Shown piece after piece: positions 10,801 through 21,778 of a stretch of 64,000 bases of DNA. This stretch comes from an uncultured Planctomycetota bacterium. GTDB taxonomy: Bacteria > Planctomycetota > Planctomycetia > Isosphaerales > Isosphaeraceae. The stretch lies in the NCBI GenBank assembly GCA_963845755.1, contig CAWJTV010000020.1, positions 672,001-736,000 of the forward strand. The letters are read 5' to 3'. How positions within the stretch are numbered: position 1 is the stretch's first letter; the number at the start of each line of letters is the position of its first letter. The position numbers and the translations under genes were made by a program. The notes beneath the pieces are model-generated. The model worked only from the letters and a program-made list of their open reading frames with translations. It was not told the origin of the DNA and did no database searches.

Positions 10801-11304
10801 GTGAGACGAAGACCACACCCACAGCCCGCGGGGTTGCCCATGCTCGATCGCATGATCGACGAGGATCCCGCCGCCAAGGCCGAGGCACCGGCGCTGTCCG
10901 CCTGGGATCAGCAGACGATCGATCGGGCCATCCGGGAGGCGATCGGCCGGGATCTCGAGATCTTGCTCAACACACGGCAGCGGCTGATTCCATCGCCGCC
11001 GGGCGTGCTCGGACCGACCCGATCGATCATCGATTTCGGATTGCCGTCGGCGCGGGGCACGAACCTGGCGACTGCGGCGGGGCGCAAGGAGTTCGGCCAG
11101 GCGATCGAAGCGGCGATCCGTTGTTTCGAGCCGCGGATCCGGGACGTGCAGGTGACCGTGGAAGCCTCCGTCACACCCCGGGATCCCTTGAAGCTCCTGA
11201 TCGCGGCTCGGCTCGCTTCGGATCCGGACGGCGAGCCGTGGCAACTCGAGGCATCCTGGTCCGCCGGCTCGGGGCGAGTCCGGGTCGAGGAGGTCCGCTC
11301 ATGA
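10801..11304 (+). CDS. tssE: T6SS baseplate TssE (gp25-like)
   Basis: MLDRMID, RDLEILLNTR, SIIDFGLP, IRCFEPRI. Confidence 0.9.
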   Translation: MRRRPHPQPAGLPMLDRMIDEDPAAKAEAPALSAWDQQTIDRAIREAIGRDLEILLNTRQRLIPSPPGVLGPTRSIIDFGLPSARGTNLATAAGRKEFGQAIEAAIRCFEPRIRDVQVTVEASVTPRDPLKLLIAARLASDPDGEPWQLEASWSAGSGRVRVEEVRS

Positions 11305-13141
11305 GCGATGCCCTCCTGGGCTATTACATGCGCGAGCTCGGCATACCTCCGAGAGCAGGGCGTCGATTTCGCCCGACAGTACCCCAAGATCGCCGGCCGC
11401 CTCCGGCTCGGACCGGACCAGTCTGACGATCCGATGGTGGCGCGCCTGGTCGAGTCGATCGCGTTCTTGAACGCCCGAATCCGCCACAAACTCGACGACG
11501 ATTTCCCCGAGATCGCCGAGGCGATGCTCAACGTCCTCTATCCCCATTACTTGCGGCCGGTGCCGACGATGGCCATCGTGCAGTGCACCGTCGACCCGGC
11601 GCAGGGCGGCCTGACCGGCGGCTATACGATCCCGCGCGGGACGATGATCGAGAGCGAGCCGATCGATGGCGAGTCCTGCCGCTTCCGCACCGGCTACCCG
11701 CTGACACTCTGGCCGATCGAGCTCGTCAACGCGCAACTGGTCGGCCGTCCGTTCAAGGCCGCGTACTCGCCGCCGACGAATGCCGGCTGGCTGCTCGATA
11801 TTCACCTGGAGTGCACGACGCCGAAGCAGACGTTCGAAGCCCTCGCGCCCGGCACACTCCGGTTCTTCTTGCTAGGTAAGGCGCAGTACGTGTACGAGCT
11901 GTACGAGGCCCTGTTCGTGAATGTGAAGGACGTGGCCCTGGCGGCCTCGCTCTCCGACACGAATGCGCAGCCAATGGGCAGCGGGTGTCTCCGGCAGGTG
12001 GGCTTCGCGGCCGATGAGGCGATGCTGCCGTATTCCCCGCGGTCCTTCGGCGGCTATCGATTGCTCACCGAGTTCTTCGCGTTCCCGTCGAAGTTTTTGT
12101 TTTTCGACGTCGAGGGCCTCGACGCTCGGGCCTTGCGTGGTGTCGGTTCGTCGCTGCACATCCTGTTCTACTTCGACCGGCTCCCCCGCGGCCTGGAACC
12201 GTCGTTCGTGACTGCCAGCTCGTTTCAGCTCGGCTGCGTCCCGGTGGTAAACCTGTATCGCAAACGGGCCGAACCGGTGCAGTTGACCCAGACACAGACG
12301 GAGGTCCGGGTGAACCCGGACGTCCGGCGGCCGCTCGCCCATGAGGTTTACTCGATCGATCGCGTCACGGCCACGTCGCCGGTCGGGGCGGTGGTCGAGT
12401 ATCAGCCGTTCTACGAACTGAAGGCGCCCCTCCGGACGCCCGAGGAGCAGTCGTATTACTACGCCGCGCGCCGGACACCGCCCCCATCAGACGTACATCG
12501 GGACCCTGGGACTGAGGTCTACTTGACTCTGGTCGATCGCGAGGTGCGGCCGACGGCCCCCGCCGATGAGACGCTGCACGTCGAAACGACCTGCCTCAAT
12601 CGCGACCTCCCGTCCCGACTGCCCTTCGGCGTCGGTCGCCCTCGGCTCCAGCTTACGATCGCTGCGCCGGTGGCTCGCGTCATCTGCTTGACCCCGCCGA
12701 CTCCGACATTGCGACCGCCCCTGGGCCGGGGTGTCCTCTGGCCCTTGATCTCGCATCTGACCTTGAATCACCTCTCGATCTCCGACGCCGAGGATGGGGC
12801 CGCGGCCCTGAGGGCCATCCTGCTGCTTTACGACTTCGCCGACTCGATCGATACTCGCAAGATGATCGAGGGTCTGGTCTCGGTCACGAGCCGGCGCGTG
12901 GTGGGTCGAGCCAATGTCGGCGGGCCAGACGGGGATCGTACGCGGCGTCGAAGTGACCATGGAATTCGACGAGGATCAGTTCACCGGCCATGGATTATTC
13001 ATCCTGGCCAGCGTCCTGGAGCGGTTCCTCGGGCTGTACTGTTCGATCAATTCGTTCACGAAGCTGGTCGCGACCACGCGCCAGCGGGACGGAGAGCTGA
13101 AGCGATGGCCGCCCAGGGCCGGCGAGATGATCCTCCTCTGA
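11301..13141 (+). CDS. tssF: T6SS baseplate TssF (frameshifts near 11340 and 12925)
   Basis: FARQYPKIAGRL, DPMVARLVESIAFL, LYPHYLRPVP, GYRLLTEFFAFPSKFLF, VLERFLGLYCSINSF, WPPRAGE. Confidence 0.93.
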
Positions 13142-14201
13142 TCGAACGGCTCCTGAAGGAGCCGGGGTGTTTCGAGTTCTTCCAGGCGGTCCGCCTGTTG
13201 GAGCGGATGGAGCCCGGCGCGGGCGTGTCGGCGAGGACACACTTCCCGGCCGCGAGGTGGTCATGTTTCGCGCGGCCCCGACCATTCGATTCCCAGCGTC
13301 CGAGATCCTGTCAATCCGCCGGCCTCGCGAGGAACCGATCGAACCATCCTCTTCCTCGTCGCCCTACGACATGATCGTCACCTTCATGGGTCTGACGGGT
13401 CCCAAGGGCGTGCTCCCCGCATATTTCACGCGCCTGCTCCTCCGGCGACTGCGGGCCAAGGACCCGACCCTGCGCGATTTCTTCGACGGCTTGAACCACC
13501 GACGGGTCTCGCTGTTCTATCGCGCCTGGGCGAAATACCGCTTCCCGATCGCGTTCGAGCGGGCGAGACGCCAGGAGATCACGAACGACGATTCCTTTAC
13601 GCGCTGTCTATTCTCGCTGGTCGGCCTGGGCACAGCCGGCCAGCGGGATCGGCACGAGCAGGACGACCATACGTTCATCTACTACGGGGGGCTCTTCGCA
13701 CATCGTCCGCGATCGGCCGTCGCGCTGGAGGGGATCCTGGGCTTCCAGTTCGGGCTGCCCGTCCGGATCGAACAGTTCCAGGGTCAGTGGTTGAACCTCC
13801 CGCGGGCAGACCGTTCGATGTTACCGAGTCGGCGCGAGCCCGGCGGCCGATACAACCACCAGGGCCAGGATGTCGTGCTGGGGCAACGAGCCTGGAACAT
13901 CGAGAGCAAGTTCCGAATCCGCCTGGGTCCGCTGGGTCTGACGGAGTTTTATCGATTCCTCCCGCCCCCCATCGGCGACTGCCTGAACGATCTCGTCGAG
14001 CTCACGCGCACGTACGTCGGCGCGGAGTTCGACTTTGACGTCCAGCTCGTGCTCTCGAGCGGTGAGTGGCCGCGGTGCGAACTGGGCGGCCGGGAGAGGC
14101 AAATGGCCTATCTCGGTTGGAATGTCTGGCTCAGCTCGGGTACGTTCGCCGCGGAGAACGGCGATGCCCTCTTCTCCGGGCAATCGGCCAGAGGGTCTTG
14201 A
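13105..14201 (+). CDS. tssG: T6SS baseplate TssG (frameshift near 13220)
   Basis: FEFFQAVRLLE, FMGLTGPKGVLP, DFFDGLNHRRVSLFYRAWAKYR, KFRIRLGPL, LGWNVWL. Confidence 0.92.
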
Positions 14202-14282
14202 TTAGTCGATAGCTCCGACGGCATGCGGTCGGTCCGCTACAGCCGGAAGGGCAGTTCAACAGAAGCGAGGCGAGACTATCCC

Positions 14283-14808
14283 ATGGGTGCTTATTTGATG
14301 CTCGGCGGCACGGCCGCTTCCCCGACGATCGTGGGTGGAGTCACCGAGTCGACCCATCCGCAGTGGATCCAGATCAATTCCTGGTCGATCAGCGCGGCGC
14401 GGCCCGTGGTTTCCGACCAGGGCTCGGAGGAGTCGCGACACCGCGGCGAATCGCAGGTCGGTGAGATCTCGATCTCGAAGGTGATCGACAAGGCGAGTGT
14501 CTACATCCTCCAGAATCTGCTCCAGGGCAACTCGATCGACAACGCCCAGATCGACATGACCACGACTGAAGGCGACAAGGCAGTCAAGGTTTACTTCACG
14601 CTCAAGATGACGAACGTTCGCATCACGAATCACTCGCTATCGGGTGCCGGTGACGAGGGGTGCGCTGGCTTCGGAGAGTTTCAGCCTGAACCCGACCTCC
14701 GTGACGTGGACCTATAACGAGAAAGTTCCGACCGATGACAAGGATACTCCGCACACGGTTGGTTACAACGTGGACGCGGTCACGGTCGGCGGCGAGGGAG
14801 GGAAGTAA
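14283..14808 (+). CDS. hcp: T6SS tube protein Hcp (frameshift near 14660)
   Basis: HPQWIQINSWSISA, ISISKVIDKAS, LKMTNVRITNHS; the other frame continues ESFSLNPTSVTWTY...VGYNV. Confidence 0.9.
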
Positions 14809-15003
14809 TCGGATCGGCCGCCTGCCCGGATCGATTCGGCCGACCGGGCGGGCGGAACGTTGCTGGGTCGGTTCCTCCCGCGCCGGCCTGGCCGATGTCG
14901 GTTACACCGTTTTCCCTGCACGGACCAGCCCACTCGGACGGAGACTCGCCTTCCCGGTGCGGCGCCGAACGTGTGCGCTCCGGACGCCTAGGGACACGAT
15001 ACC

Positions 15004-16970
15004 ATGCCCCCGGTCAACGACCTCTTCTCCGTCACGACGCCGATCGATGACAGCGGGGCGTTCTCCCTGATCTCGCTCGAAGGCGCGGAAGGGATCTCGC
15101 GGTTGTTCCATTTTCGCCTCGAGCTGGTCTCGTCGAATCTCGCGGTCGCGGCGAGTGACCTGGTCGGCAAGGGGATTACCTTCTCGATCGCCCAAGGGCA
15201 GGGGGGAGACCGCTATTTCCACGGGATCGTCCGCCATCTCGCCGTCGGCGGCCTGCTCGACTCCGCCCGGACCTACATCGTCGAACTTGTGCCCTGGCTC
15301 TGGTTCCTCACGCGTACGGCCAATTGCTGCATCTTCCAGAACCTGTCCACGGTCAACATCGTGGAGAAGATCTTCGGAGACCTGGGCTTCTCGGACTACC
15401 AATCGAAGCTCACCGCGACGTATCCCAAGCGGGTCTACTGCGTCCAGTATCGCGAGTCGGCGTTCCAGTTCATCTCGCGGCTCCTCGAGGAGGAGGGGAT
15501 TTACTACTACTTCAGCCATGCGGATGGCAAACATACGATGATCCTCGCCGATGACGCTTCCGGCTATGTGACGTGCCCGGAATCGAGCGTGGTTTACATC
15601 CCCATCGAGCCGCGCGAACAGCCGAGCGATCGGATCATGGGCTGGCAGCATACGCTACGAGTACCGTTCGGGGAAGTTCACGCTGACGGATTACAACTTC
15701 GAGCAACCGACAAACAACCTGCTCTCGACGACCTCGACCACCGTCTCGCTCCCGAACATCGCGTCCTACGAGGTCTTCGATTACCCGGGGATCTATCTGG
15801 ACACTGCTCGTGGCTCGACCCTGGCCGGTCTCCGCGTCGGGGCCGACGAGTCGGCGTATGAAGTTGTCCGGGCTCGGAGCACTTATCGCACCTTCACACC
15901 CGGGGGGAAGTTCACCGTCACGCGCCACTCCGATCAGTCCGAGGTGAACCAATCCTTCGTCATCTCGTCGATCAATCACTCCGGCTCAGGTCGTGAGATC
16001 TACCAGAACAGCTTCGAGGCGATCCCCGCCGCTGTCGTGTTCCGACCCGAGGCCCTCACGCCCAGGCCGATGATCCGGGGCACCCAGACGGCCGTCGTCG
16101 TCGGATCCTCGGGCGAGGAGATCTGGCCGGACAAGTACGGCCGGATCAAGGTCCAGTTCTACTGGGACCGACTGGGGACGAACGACGAGAACAGCTCCTG
16201 CTGGATCCGCTGCGCCCAGTCGTGGACCGGGAGTACCTGGGGCGTGCTGTTCATCCCGCGGATCGGCCAGGAAGTGGTCGTCAGCTTCCTGGAGGGGAAT
16301 CCGGATCAGCCCCTCATCATCGGCGTCGTCCCCAACGCCAACGAAATGCCCGCCTACGCGCTGCCCGACAACAAGACGCGCAGTTACATCAAGACCCGTT
16401 CGTCGAAACAGGGGGGCGATACGGAGTCCAACGAAATCCGGTTCGAAGACCTGAAGAGCTCCGAGGAGATCTACATCCACGCCCAGAAGGACCTCAACGG
16501 CGTCGTCGAGAATAATGAAACCTTGACCGTCGGCAGCAGTAACGCCGACGATGGTAGCCAGACGATCTCCATCTACAAGAACCGAACGATCACCGTACAG
16601 ACCGGCAACGAATCGACGACCATCAAGCAGGGCAATCGCACGATCGAGATCGACCAGGGCAACGAATCGACGACCATCAAGCAAGGCAATCGGACCGTCG
16701 AGATCGACCAGGGCAACGACACGCTGACGATCAAGCAGGGGAACCTGTCGATCCAGATGAATGCCGGGAGCGGGACGATCGAAGCGGCCCAGACGATCAC
16801 GCTGAAGGTCGGTTCGAACAGCATCGAGATCTCCCAGCAGGGGATCACGGTGAAGGGGGCGATGGTGTCCGTCCAGGGGCAGTCCCAGGTCCAGGTCCAG
16901 GCGCCGAACGTCCAGGTCTCCGCCGACGCCGGCGCTGGTCCTCAAGGGCGGCGTGGTGAATATCAACTGA
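15004..16970 (+). CDS. vgrG: T6SS spike VgrG without a C-terminal effector extension (frameshifted)
   Basis: EGISRLFHFRLEL, YCVQYRESAFQFISRLLEEEGIYYYF, DKYGRIKVQFYWDR, IPRIGQEVVVSFLEGNPDQP, gp5-like GNESTTIKQGNRT repeats, ends GGVVNIN. Confidence 0.95.
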
Positions 16971-17043
16971 CCAAGATAACGCCTTACATGCAGTCCGATG
17001 GTCCCTCCAGCACGACCCGGCCGCCCGGAAACCGAGCTCCGCG

Positions 17044-18475
17044 ATGAGATATCCACCTGTCCATTGGTATGAAGGTCTGTTCCTCCAACCGCACCACTTC
17101 CAGGCGGCGGATCGCAACCTGGCCGAGTTGATGCAAAGCTCGCTGGAGTTCCACCATCCCTACTATTACGGCATCCGCTCGTTGGAGTACGGCCCGGAGG
17201 CGCTGGCAAATCACCAGTTCGAGGTCCGTTCGCTGCGGGCCCGCATGCGCGATGGAACGATCATCGACCTGGGTCCCGGCCAGCAGCTCGATCGGCTCGA
17301 CCTGAAGCGCGCCTTCGAGATCCAGACCAAGGTTCTCATCTACCTGGGTGTGCCGATCGCCCAGTTGGGGATGGAGAACGTGGCGATCGATGGGCAGCGA
17401 GCGCGGGAACATCCCGCGGTTCCGGCAGCAGTTGCGGATGCTCCAGGAGGAGACGCGCGGGGGCAACGACCAGGAGGTCAAATTCAAGGCGCTGAATCTT
17501 CGCCTCTTGCTCTCGACGCAGGACACCAGCGGTTTCGATCTTCTGCCGCTGGTGCAGATCGAGCGAGCCGGGGAACATGGAGCCATGCCCCGGCTGGACG
17601 TGACTTATATCCCGCCTGTCCTGGCCCTCGACGCCTGGCCGGGACTGGGCCGCGACATCGTTCGGGCGATCTCCGACATCCTCGATAAACGGATTGAGAC
17701 GCTCGGCCAGCAAGTGGCCAACCGTGGGATCTCGTTCGATAGCCACGAACCGGGCGACCTGGAGCGATTGCTCCTGCTCGGCCAGCTCCACGATTCCTCC
17801 GCCCTCCTGTCGGTCCTGACCGTCGCGCGCGGCGTCCATCCGTTCGTCGCCTACTGCGAGCTGGCCCGGATCGTCGGCAAGCTCGCGATCTTTGGCAAGG
17901 ATCGCGCCCTCCCCAAGATTCCCCCCTACGATCACGACGACCTGGGCACGATCTTCCGGGAGATGATGCGGCTGATCGATTCGCAGATCAATGCGGTGCG
18001 GGACTACCAGTACGAGCAACGGTACTTCCTCGGCGTCGGACTGGGGATGCAGGTCGCGCTGGAGGCGCGGTGGTTCCACGCCGACTGGGAGTGGTTCGTG
18101 GGTGTCCACAAGAGCGACATCACCGAGGAAGAATGCCAGAAGCTCCTCTCCTCGGGACAGCTCGACTGGAAACTCGGCAGCAGTCGTCAGGTCGAGAACC
18201 TGTACGCCCGAGGCGCCGAGGGGATCAACCTCGTCACACTCCCGCGCCCACCGAGGACCCTGCCCGTCAGCCACGACTGGATCTACTTCGAGGTGAGCCG
18301 CTTGAACCAGGCCTGGCGGGACGTCCAGGAGACCCAGACCCTGGCGATGCGGTTCCGGGAATCGCTCATCCTCAACCTCGATCGCCTCCAGGGCGAGCGT
18401 CAAATTGTCGTGTCGTATAGCGGTCGGCAGATCACGCTGGAATTCGCCCTGTTCGCCGTGCCGAACCTCGCTTGA
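17044..18475 (+). CDS. tssK: T6SS TssK (frameshift near 17400)
   Basis: VHWYEGLFLQPHHFQ, YIPPVL, HPFVAYCELARIVG, PPYDHDDLG, C-terminal LEFALFAV. Confidence 0.92.
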
Positions 18476-18494
18476 GTGGCCGGGCTTTGGATCT

Positions 18495-20067
18495 TCAGGC
18501 CCTCCACATCACGAACACGATCGCCAGGCCGATGAGGACAAGCCCGGCCACGCCGAAGTTTCCCAGGGTGGTCAGACGACGGTAGGCCGTTTCCTGCCGG
18601 ATCGCCTCGGGCGTCCAGGCGACGAAATTCTGGGCGTCGAGCAGGAGTTGGAGCACGCCGCCGACGAAACCTTGTTCGCGCTTGGCATCTCGGCCGGTGC
18701 CTGCCACGAAACAGCCGCCGAGCATCACCTGGCCCCGCGTGTCCAAAGCGACCAACCGTCCGATCAGCCGCCCGAGCCGCCGTGTGCGGCCGTGCATCTC
18801 CGCGAAGAAGCGAAAGAGATGGGAATTGTCGCGGACGCTTTCGAGCAGACCGTCATCGTGGGTGTTGAAACGGATCAGCCGGTAGAACAACGGCATGAAC
18901 AAGGCATGACCGATCCAATCCGCCCCGGATTCCATCTTCTGGACACGCTCGGAGATTTGCAGGTCGGGGACCAGCGGAAACGTTCGTCCCATGGCTTGCA
19001 ACCGCTGCTCCTCGGAGAACTCCTGAAGAAGGCGGTCGAAATGGGGTGCTGTTTCGAGGTCGCACATCAGGGCGAACACGGGGCAGTTGACCAGGATCGC
19101 CTCGCGAATGACCGTCAGATCGAGATGGCAGGCTGTCCCGGCCTGGCGCGCCTCGGCCTCGGAATCCGTCGAGGAATAAGGGATCGCAAGCAGGATTCCA
19201 TTGATCGGACAATAGGGCCGGCGGTCGCGGAGCATCAACTTGCAGAGATGTTTGAGCTTCCGCGTGAGCATTTCGACCTCCGCGGTCTGGCTGAGCAGGA
19301 TGTCGATCGATCGTTTCTTGGCCGTCCGCTGGGCCGGCAACCCGACGGCTACTCGGGCCGGCTCGGCTTCGACGACCGTCGTGGCGGCAATCTGGGTCCC
19401 GGCAGCGTCGGTCGGTGCGACCTCCGGCCGGCTCCGCGATGATGTCCCAGCCTCTGGTGGCGATTCCTCGGTCGCGGGATGAGGGGAAGGAGCGTCCGGC
19501 GAGGTGGCACTCGTCTCGGACGCCCCGGTTCGGGAGGCCACGAGATGTCCCGAGCGCAGAGAGCCCCGGACACGTCACGAAGATCGCTTCATAGGTGGCG
19601 AACACATGGATCGGGGCATCGGGACGGCGCGGGACGTCCGAGACGGCCAGCGCCACTCCGGACGCGTGGAACAAGCCTTGACCGCCACCCACCGGATCGC
19701 CCAGCACCAGGAAGACCGGCAGGTCCTTCAGCTCGACCGCTGCGCGCTGCATCGCCAGCCGGGCTTCGCGCCAGGCCCGATCGATCTCGTAAAAGTCGGA
19801 TGAATCGCCTTCCGCCGCCCAGAGCCTCCAGAGTTTCCCGATCAACCAGGCATTGAGGCACAGGAGCAAGAACAAGAGCGGTAGCCAGAGGTTCCGAATC
19901 GTCGGCGAGTTGAACGCCACGAAGTGATCCAGCCCCAGCCAGGAATTGAGGACCGCCAGCCCGATCGAGATCGCCAGCAGGGCGAGAAGGGCGAGGATTG
20001 TGCGGAGGGGCCCGGGGACCTTGACGGCTGCCACGATGGCGCCGCCCAACTTCTTGAAGAATTTCAT
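18495..20067 (-). CDS. tssM: Short TssM/IcmF-like protein: two N-terminal TMs, cytoplasmic ImcF-N domain, third TM, then stop (frameshift near 19530)
   Basis: LPVFLVLGDPVGG (degenerate Walker A position), RRPYCPINGILLAIP, CPVFALMCDLETAPHF, LGGCFVAGTG; ends GVAGLVLIGLAIVFVMWRA*. Lies directly downstream of tssL. Confidence 0.75.
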
Positions 20068-20076
20068 GGGCTGCCC

Positions 20077-20694
20077 TCATTCACCCAGTCGCGTCATGAC
20101 GAAAAGAATCACGAGCGGGATGACCAGCAGGGCGACGATGCCCAGACTCCTGGCCATCCGGGAGTAACGCCCTCGGGCCGACAACGGGGGCACATGGATG
20201 TGCGGCTCCCGACTGGGCGGGTTCTTCCAGACACGACCCAGCTCGACGTCGATCAGGCGGCGAGCGGCCTCGGTCCATTGGGTCAGCCGAGCCGGATCAT
20301 CGGCGACCTCACCCCGGAAGCCCAGTGCCAGGCACAGCAAGAAGACTTCGACGAGCGCGACATCCCCCTCGGCGAGCGCCCGCCTTGCTTTCTCCCAGAA
20401 CCGGGTCGCCCGCTCGTTGCTTCGAAAAAGCTGGAATTCGAGCTTCGTCTCGTTCCAGCGCTGACGCCAGGGCGAATGGAGGATGAAGAACTCGTCCAGC
20501 CAGCAAGTCAAAGCGTAGCGGACCTCGTCCTCCTTCGCGAAGCTGGTGCGGCTGCCGGCTGTGGGCGTCAACAGTCTCTCGAGCTCGGCGCGGGATCGCT
20601 CCAGGGAGACATCTTCGCCACGGTCGAGGCGCTCCTTGATTTTGAGGGTATAAGCGATGACGGGATGGGCGAGCTTGGCGACTTCGTCCTGCAT
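20077..20694 (-). CDS. tssL: T6SS TssL/DotU (no OmpA domain)
   Basis: VRYALTCWLDEF, WNETKLEFQLF, EVFLLCLALGFRG, C-terminal TM. Confidence 0.9.
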   Translation of the reverse strand: MQDEVAKLAHPVIAYTLKIKERLDRGEDVSLERSRAELERLLTPTAGSRTSFAKEDEVRYALTCWLDEFFILHSPWRQRWNETKLEFQLFRSNERATRFWEKARRALAEGDVALVEVFLLCLALGFRGEVADDPARLTQWTEAARRLIDVELGRVWKNPPSREPHIHVPPLSARGRYSRMARSLGIVALLVIPLVILFVMTRLGE

Positions 20695-20855
20695 CTCACC
20701 AGCCCTCGAGGACCGCTCTCCCCACTCGAATCGACCCGACCGCGCCAGACTCGACCGGAGCCGTCCGATCGACCGATTGTGTCACAATACCGTGCCGTTT
20801 AGAATGGTCCACTGGGGACGCGACGATCATTTCCGGAAACCGGCGGGAGGGCCCG

Positions 20856-21739
20856 ATGCTGAACCCTAACGATTCTTCCTGGTTCGGCAAGGCCCTGCTG
20901 GCCATGCTCGATGACCAGCGGCACACGGCGGCCTCGGAGCTGTTCATCTCATCGATTCGAGCCTTCGGCCGGAATGAGCCGATCGTTTCCAGCGGCGAGC
21001 CCGGCAAGGAAATGTTCGTCATTTGCCGGGGACGAGTCCAGCTCTTTTACGAGAACAATCTCGGTGAGAAGGTCGTCGTGAAGGAGATCGGTGTCGGCGA
21101 ACAGTTCGGCGAGATCGCCCTCATCGACGGCGAGTCCCAGCCCTTCACCGCCACCGCCCTCGACGACACGGAAGTCCTCGTCTTGAGTCGCGACGACCTC
21201 AAGGAGCTCTTGAGCCGTTATCCCCACCTCGCGATTGGTCTGCTGACGGAGATCTCCAGGTGGCTGCGGCGCATCGCCAAGAAACTTCGCGAGCAGTCGT
21301 CCAGGGCCGTTGACGACTCCCTGAAGAAGAACCGATCGTTTGCGGGTCATCTGGCGGACATTCGCGCGCGGCTCATCGGATCGCCGTCGGCCATCCTGGT
21401 CTTCAGCGTCGTCATCGGTGCCTGGATGTACCTCGGCCAGTTCGGGATGCAGGGCCTGTTCGGATTCTTTCCGTTCGATCCCTATCCCTTCACCTCGCTC
21501 CATCTGGTGCTCGCCGTCATCGCGGCGATCCAGGTCCCGATCATCCTGATGGTCCTCAACCGGCTGTCCGCGCGCGAGCGCGCAAATCCGACCTCGACGC
21601 CGAAGCCGACGCACGGCTCGAGATCGAGATGAACCGGCTCCAATCGAAGGTCGATCGGAATTACGAAGAAATCCGCAAGCAACTGGCGAAGATGGAGGCA
21701 TCGCGCGGAAGCGACCCGGCCTCGCGACTCTCGGCCTGA
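20856..21739 (+). CDS. cNMP-binding domain plus DUF1003 membrane protein (frameshift near the 3' end)
   Basis: GEPGKEMFVICRGRV, GEQFGEIALIDG; FDPYPFTSLHLVLAVIAAIQVPIILM. Confidence 0.85.
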
Positions 21740-21778
21740 GCCGGTCCCCGGGAATCGGACTCTCCGAGATCGCTCCAG

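Noticed and set aside
16600..16750. Direct repeats in vgrG as a DGR template/variable pair
   Set aside because: They are in-frame gp5-like beta-helix repeats, with no adenine-specific variation and no reverse transcriptase.
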